Assembly: GCA_964016885.1 (NCBI GenBank)
Contig: OZ024756.1
Coordinates: forward strand, 10,230,001-10,294,000
Length of the DNA stretch: 64,000 bases
Source: Eledone cirrhosa
Lineage: Eukaryota
Direction: 5' to 3'
Below the pieces are notes generated by a model, which had not been told where the DNA came from, did no database searches, and saw only the letters and a program-made list of their open reading frames with translations. Below are positions 58,801 to 64,000 of this stretch, piece after piece (within the stretch, counting starts at the first letter, position 1; each line of letters begins with the position of its first letter). Position numbers and translations under genes: made by a program.

Positions 58801-59730
58801 GAAGCTATAGAGTAAGAAGACGTAATTTGAGGTGATAAAAGCTGACTTCACACAATTGATGGAAGCTATGGAGTAAGAAGACCTAGTTTGAGGTGATAAA
58901 AGCTGACTTCACACAATTGATGGAAGCTATGAAGTAAGAAGACCTAGTTTGAGGTGATCAAAGCTGACTTCACACAATTGATTGAAGCTATGGAGTAAGA
59001 AGACCTAGTTTGAGGTGATAAAAGCTGACTTCACACAATTGATGGAAGCTATGGAGTAAGAAGACCTAGTTTGAGGTGATAAAAGCTGACTTCACACAAT
59101 TGATGGAAGCTATGGAGTAAGAAGACCTAGTTTGAGTTGATAAAAGCTGACTTCACACAATTGATGGAAGCTATAGAGTAGGAAGACCTAATTTGAGGTG
59201 ATAAAAGCTGACTTCACACAATTGATGGAAGCTATAGAGTAGGAAGACCTAATTTGAGGTGTTAAAAGCTGACTTCACACAATTGATGGAAGTCATAGAA
59301 TAGGAAGACCTGGGATGAGGTGATAAAAGCTGACTTCACACAATTGATGGAAGTTATAGAATAGGAAGACCTGGGATGAGGTGATAAAAGCTGACTTCAC
59401 ACAATTGATCGAAGCTATAGAGTAGGAAGACCTGGGATGGGGGTGATAAAAGCTGACTTCACACAATTGATGGAAGCTATGGAGTAAGAAGACCTGGGAT
59501 GGGGTGATAAAAGCTGACTTCACACAATTGATGGAAGCTATAGAGTAGGAAGACCTAGTTTGAGGTGATAAAAGCTGACTTCACACAATTGATGGAAGCT
59601 ATGGAGTAAGAAGACCTGGGATGGGGTGATAAAAGCTGACTTCACACAATTGATGGAAGCTATGGAATAGGCAGACCTGGGATGAGGTGATAAAAGCTGA
59701 ACTCACACAATTGATGGAAGCTATGGAGTA

Positions 59731-59860
59731 GTAAGATAAGTAGGGTTGTTTGAGGAAGAACAGCAGTCACCCATGTATACCAGTCTCTCACTCCACGCCA
59801 CCGATGTTGTTCATGGGAAAGGCAATGGCTGATACAGCTTGTTACCAGTGACATCACAAC
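59731..59860 (-). mobile_element. Probable SINE body fragment (no tRNA-derived head visible)
   Basis: Non-satellite segment GGTTGTTTGAGGAAGAACAGCAGTCACCCATGTATACCAGTCTCTCACTCCACGCCACCGATGTTGTTCATGGGAAAGGCAATGGCTGATACAGCTTGTTACCAGTGACATCACAAC. From memory it resembles the reverse complement of an abundant tRNA-derived SINE body in octopus genomes; not confirmed by a search. Confidence 0.55.
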
Positions 59861-60052
59861 ATATATATACACTATATATATATATTATATATACACTGTG
59901 TACACTATGTATTATACACTATATATGATGTTGTCCAAGGGAAAGGTAATGACTGATACAGCTTGGCACCAGTGATTTCACAACATATATACTATATATA
60001 CTATATATATACACTATATATATATTATATATACACTATGTACAGTATATAT
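59803..60052. repeat. Composite minisatellite, left part: 58-bp core plus TA/TACAC-rich spacer (2 units, second interrupted by the LINE)
   Basis: Cores GATGTTGT(T/C)CA(T/A)GGGAAAGG..ATG.CTGATACAGCTTG..ACCAGTGA..TCACAAC at 59803-59860 and 59927-59984, each followed by a TATATACAC-type tract; unit 1 is 124 bp. Confidence 0.9.
60015..60052 (+). other. Candidate target-site duplication, left copy (38 bp)
   Basis: TATATATATATTATATATACACTATGTACAGTATATAT matches 63606-63643 at 35/38 positions. Low-complexity context lowers certainty. Confidence 0.65.
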
Positions 60053-60445
60053 AGAATTCAAATTCTCCCTTTTTCTCTCGGATTTTCAATAAATATCATA
60101 CATGTTTTTAATAATATGTCTCATTCTGTTGGACCCTTCCTAAAAAACTAATCTTCTCCTAAAGTTACCCATTTCCCACCCCTCAGACACCACCATTGCT
60201 ATATGGCCCAATCATAACTCAGCAGCTTATAGTAAGTTCTCTAACAAATCAGTATAGCAAAGCTACCACCTCAGTTACTACTCCTTAAATTTAGACCTGT
60301 TTGATGGGTGGACTGCAGAATTTGGAAAGTCTAAGCACTCAATGACAATGTCACAGATAAAGATAAATTCTACTCCCGCTGCAGGATGACCAACATAATT
60401 CCGTCTCCCACACCTCTCCCTGCCCCTCCATCCCACCCTCCCAAC

Positions 60446-61010
60446 TTCAGAGTTGGTACCATGAACGTAGGCACATTGAAAGGTTGCTCAAATGAGATTG
60501 TAGAGATGCTTGACCGTAAAGAAGTTGATGTTTGTTGTATTCAAGAGACTAGGTGGAGAGGTGGGTCTGCCAGATTCATCGTGGGTAAAAAAACGATGCT
60601 ATAAACTTTTCTGTGTGGGAAATGACAACGGACTGGGTGGTGTAGGAATTGTTAGCTGAAAAATGGGTAGATAAGGTAATTGACGTAAATAGAGTGAATG
60701 ACAGAATAATTAAAATAAGACATAGTGATGGCTATGATGGAATCCATGGAGGCTATGGGGTTGGAAATAGAAATGAGGAAGGCTCCAGGATCCTGGAATT
60801 CTGTGACGCAAATAACCTAACTATCTGTAACACAAACTTCAAAAAACGAGAAAACCACTTGATCACCTATAGATCAGGGGAACACGCCAGCCAGATAGAT
60901 TATATCCTTACGAGAAGACGTAACAAAGTGTCTGTTGTAAACACTAAATCCCTTCGCCGTGAAGAATGCACCTCCCAACATAGCCTAGTAGTTAGTGACC
61001 TCATAGTCAG
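60446..61010 (+). other. Apurinic/apyrimidinic-like endonuclease domain remnant
   Basis: Motifs VGTMNVGTL, DVCCIQETRW, GVGI, NDRII, RNEEGSRILEFC, TYRSG..SQIDYIL, SQHSLVVSD. The YAP and GDFN motifs are absent. Confidence 0.9.
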
Positions 61011-61679
61011 AAATAGACGTATTCGATGACAGAGGAGGCCTACCTTGAGGAGAAGAATATGGAAGTTGAAGGACCCCATAGCCATTGACAAATTTAAAAG
61101 CTTATTACTTGATGCCTTTGACAATAAGGAAGAGCAATTAGAGACGTGCAATATAGAGGAACAGTGGCAAATCTTGTAAGTGAACCTGCTGAAAGCAACG
61201 GATGAAATCTGTGGCTGGAGTAGACCTATTGGCAGAAGGAGAGTAACTTGGTGATGGAACAGTAAGGTGGAGGAGACAATCAAGGCCAAAAAGCAGGCTT
61301 GGAAAGTATGCCAGGATAGAGGAAGTAGAGAGCACTATCAAGTGGCCAGGAGAGAAGCTAGGAGACAAGTGTACCTTGCAAAAAGGGAAGCAGAGGATAG
61401 AAAGATCAAGCATTTTCTAGAACAAGAGGACCAACAAACGTGAGGTGTTCAGGATTGTTAGACAATGTGTCAAGGAAAACCATGATATTGTCGGGGAGAA
61501 GTGTGTCCGTAATGATAACGGTGTACTTGCCCTCACTGATGCTGATAAGAAGATAACCTGGAAGTGTCACTACGAGAGACTATTAAAGGAGGAGAATAAA
61601 TAGGAAAAAGATAGTCTGCTCCAAATCGATCCAATAGCTGGACCAGTGGTGCAAGTTAAAGGTAGTATAATAAGTAAGG

Positions 61680-62480
61680 CAATCAAAGATATGAAGACAG
61701 GCAAGGCAGCTGGGCCTTCGGAGATAGTTGCTAAGATGTTGAATGCATCTGGAATGGTGGGACATACTATGGTCACCCGTATAGTTAACCAAGTAATACA
61801 GAATGGGGTCATACCAAAAGACTGGCATAGCAGCATCATCATTAACTGCTACAAGGGTAAAGGGGATGCTCTAGATAGGGGAAACTATAGAGGCATTAAG
61901 TTAGTTGACCAGGTCATGAAGGTCACAGAAAGAGTTATAGCGCAACTAATCAGAGAGCGAATTGATCTAGATGAAATGCAGTTTGGGTTTGTGTCAGGTA
62001 AAAGTACCACAGACGCTCTTTTCCTTGTATGACAACTACAGGAGAAGTACCTAGCTAAAAGTAAACCCCTTTACTTAGCTTTTGTAGACCTGGAGAAAGC
62101 CTTTGACAGAGTCCCCTGCTCCATTATCTGGTGGGCTCTTAGAAAACTAGGTGTAGATGAATGGCTTGTGAGAGCTATACAAGCTATGTATAAAGAAACA
62201 GTCAGTAAAGTTAGAATTAACAATGAATATTGTGAAGAATTTAGTGTAAAAGTTGGTGTTGATCAAGGCTATGTCCTTAGCCCCCTCCTATTTATTATTT
62301 CCCTTCAGGCTATAACAGAGGAGTTCAAGACCATCTGCCCATGGGAACTCCTATACGCAGATGATCTAACTCTCATAGCTGAATCTATGGCTGAACTAGA
62401 GAAGAAATTCCAAACATGGAAGCATGGCCTAGAATCAAAAGGCCATAAATTTAACTTGTCTAAGACTAAAGTTCTAGTTT
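61680..62480 (+). other. Reverse transcriptase domain remnant
   Basis: Motifs KAAGPSEI, GNYRGIKL, QFGFVSGKSTTDA, FVDLEKAFDRV, GVDQGYVLSPLLF, LLYADDL (YADD at 62354-62365), NLSKTK. Confidence 0.95.
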
Positions 62481-63547
62481 GTAGAAAGGAAAATAGGGCA
62501 CAGGTGCCCTCAGGGAAATGGCCATGCTCAGTGCGTAGGAAAGGAGTAGGCAGAAATTCCATTTTATGTCCCAAATGGCAAACTAAAAGATGTAGTGGGA
62601 TCACAGGTAAACTATCTAAGAACGTAGACTTTATATATGGCCGGTGCTCAGGTGCAATAGGTAGCAAGTGTTCACAGGATACTAGCTCCTTCTATTGCGC
62701 AGATGGTTCTATAGAAATAGTGGACAATTTCCGTTACCTGGGTGCCACAATCAGCAGTGGTGGAGGGTGCTCTGAAAGTACAGTAGCCAGAGTCAGAACG
62801 GGATGGAAAAAGTTCAGAGAGCTTATACCGCTGTTGGCCGCTAAAGATTTCTCTCTAAAAATGAAAGGCAGATTGTATGATGCCTGTATACGAACATCAA
62901 TGCTACATGGCAATGAGACATGGGCATTACGTGCAGAGGACCTGTGCAGACTGGAAAGGAACGAAGCATGCATGCTCCGTTGGATGTGTAATAGTAATAT
63001 ACGTGAACGGCAAAGCATAAATGAACTAAGTGAGAAATTAGGAATAAGAGGGATCAGATGCTGTTTACTTGAGAGAAGACTACGTTGGTATGGTCACGTG
63101 ATGCACATGAAAGACGACAGCTGTATAAAAAAGTGCAGGGCGATCAAAATTGATGGTAGTTACGGAATAGGTAGACCCAGAAAAACCTAGGACAATCTGC
63201 TAAATTCTGACCTTACACACACCGCTCTAAGACAATGTCACTACACAGTAATACAGAAAACCCGAGTTGCCTATGTACAAAGCGAAACCTAGTCAGTAGC
63301 CACCTCTTAACCAAATATACACCCCAATCCACTACCCTATCCTACCACTCCCACCAACACCACCCTCTCTCTGTAAAGTTGGTACCACAACACCCAGTCC
63401 AAATAAATGAGATAATGAGATCGTGATCGTGTAAAAAGTTCCGTGGTTGGTGTTAGGAAGGGCATCCAGCCGTAGAAAACCTGCCAGATAGCCCTATACG
63501 AGCGAGACACGGTCACCCGACCAACCTTGCCTCAAGTGGAACAACTC

Positions 63548-63605
63548 CCGTCTAACCCATGCTAGCATGGAAGATGGACATTAAACGAAGATGATGATGA
63601 TGATG
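63548..63605 (+). other. LINE 3' terminal stem-loop and (GAT)n tail
   Basis: Perfect 14-bp palindrome CCATGCTAGCATGG (63557-63570) inside outer stem CCGTCT/AGATGG (63548-63553/63572-63577, one G-U pair), followed by (GAT)5G at 63590-63605. Confidence 0.8.
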
Positions 63606-63643
63606 TATATACATATTATAGATACAATATGTACAGTATATAT
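63606..63643 (+). other. Candidate target-site duplication, right copy (38 bp)
   Basis: TATATACATATTATAGATACAATATGTACAGTATATAT starts immediately after the GAT tail; 35/38 identical to 60015-60052. Confidence 0.65.
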
Positions 63644-64000
63644 TATACACTATATACGATGTCCAAGAGAAAGGCAATGGCTGATACAGCTTGGCACCAG
63701 TGATATCACAGCATATATACTTTATATACATATATATACACTATGAACAATATATATACACTATGTACAGTATATATATACTATACACATAATATATACA
63801 CTGTGTACAGTATCTATACACTATATATGATGTCCAAGAGAAAGGTAATGGCTGATACAGATTGCCACAAGTGACATCAAAACATTTATATATACTGTAT
63901 ATATACACTATATACATATTATACACTATATATGTTGTCCAAGAAAAAGGCTATGGCCGATACAGCTTGGTACTAGTGACATCACAGCATATATATACAC
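63606..64000. repeat. Composite minisatellite, right part (3 more cores, open at the right edge)
   Basis: Cores TGTCCAAGA.AAAGG..ATGGC.GATACAG.TTG..AC.AGTGA.ATCA at about 63658-63712, 63829-63883, 63931-63988, separated by TA-rich spacers of variable length; same family as 59803-60052. Confidence 0.92.

Larger units (their letters stand above)
1..59730. repeat. 61-bp tandem satellite array (about 980 monomers, open at the left edge of the window)
   Basis: Uninterrupted head-to-tail copies, all in one orientation. Near-invariant part GAGGTGATAAAAGCTGACTTCACACAATTGATGGAAGCTAT; variable part AGAGTAGGAAGACCTGGGAT / GGAGTAAGAAGACCTAGTTT etc. Type-A monomer composition A22 G18 T13 C8 (43% GC, no CpG). 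Last full monomer 59648-59708, partial monomer ends at 59730. Copy number is 59730/61. Confidence 0.99.
60386..63292 (+). pseudogene. Disrupted endonuclease-reverse transcriptase ORF of the LINE
   Basis: Joins ORF-track fragments 60386-60604, 60649-61029, 61646-62032, 62168-63190. Frameshifts near 60590 (A7 run), 60649 and 61440; in-frame stops at 61027, 61177, 61252, 61601, 62030, 63188. Reading through 63188 gives DNLLNSDLTH...VIQKTR, ending at TAG 63290-63292. Confidence 0.92.
60053..63605 (+). mobile_element. RTE-clade non-LTR retrotransposon (LINE), near full length, inactivated
   Basis: About 330-bp leader, single APE-RT reading frame with no separate ORF1, short 3' UTR, 3' stem-loop, (GAT)5 tail, flanking direct repeats. 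A single ORF plus a short-repeat tail is the established RTE-clade architecture. Confidence 0.92.

Noticed and set aside
1-59730. CRISPR array (about 41-bp constant plus 20-bp variable segment, 61-bp period)
   Set aside because: Variable segments are point variants of one sequence, not unique spacers; there are no cas genes, and the context is eukaryotic.
1-59730. Hammerhead-ribozyme-containing satellite
   Set aside because: No CTGANGA...GAAA core on either strand of the monomer.
1-59730. Telomeric or telomere-replacing repeat
   Set aside because: No short telomeric motif; the G-rich strand runs toward the flanking sequence rather than toward the open left end; chromosomal position is unknown.
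1-59730. Protein-coding tandem repeat
   Set aside because: 61 is not a multiple of 3, stops are frequent, and the ORF track shows nothing before 59293.
59731-59762. GTTTGAGGAAGAAC at the junction as a degenerate satellite monomer or donor of the B-type AGTTTGAGG
   Set aside because: Only about 8 bp match and out of monomer register; compatible with chance.
59293-60151. ORFs 59293-59523 (-), 59660-59872 (-), 59963-60151 (+)
   Set aside because: Chance translations of satellite, SINE-like and TA-rich repeats.
60053-60385. HDV-like ribozyme or internal promoter in the LINE leader
   Set aside because: Known for some RTE elements, but I could not identify the nested pseudoknot by eye; it needs a covariance-model search.
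60900-63018. Minus-strand ORFs within the LINE
   Set aside because: Antisense shadows of the APE-RT frame with no recognisable motifs.
60386-63190. Active LINE or domesticated RT gene
   Set aside because: At least three frameshifts, six in-frame stops and loss of endonuclease catalytic motifs.
63235-63926. ORFs 63235-63426 (+) and 63741-63926 (-)
   Set aside because: Short frames in the LINE 3' region and TA-rich minisatellite; low complexity.

Overview
Eukaryotic (animal, possibly cephalopod) repetitive DNA with no host gene. Bases 1-59730 are one head-to-tail satellite array of about 980 copies of a 61-bp monomer (AATTGATGGAAGCTATAGAGTAGGAAGACCTGGGATGAGGTGATAAAAGCTGACTTCACAC and variants). 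The array has A/B monomer types, a recurrent 7-monomer cassette, 1.8-2.8 kb and about 7 kb higher-order repeats, and a diverged right edge. To its right lie a probable SINE fragment and a composite minisatellite built from that fragment plus TA-rich spacers. A decayed RTE-clade LINE (60053-63605, + strand; APE + RT, 3' stem-loop, (GAT)n tail, candidate 38-bp target-site duplication) interrupts the minisatellite. Main finding: the satellite monomer is homologous to a 71-bp piece of the C-terminal coding end of this LINE type (63148-63218, IDGSYGIGRP-RKT-WD..DLT), minus 10 bp. The 60-kb array therefore appears to be an amplified fragment of retrotransposon coding sequence lying next to a relative of its parent. 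All counts and alignments were done by eye.
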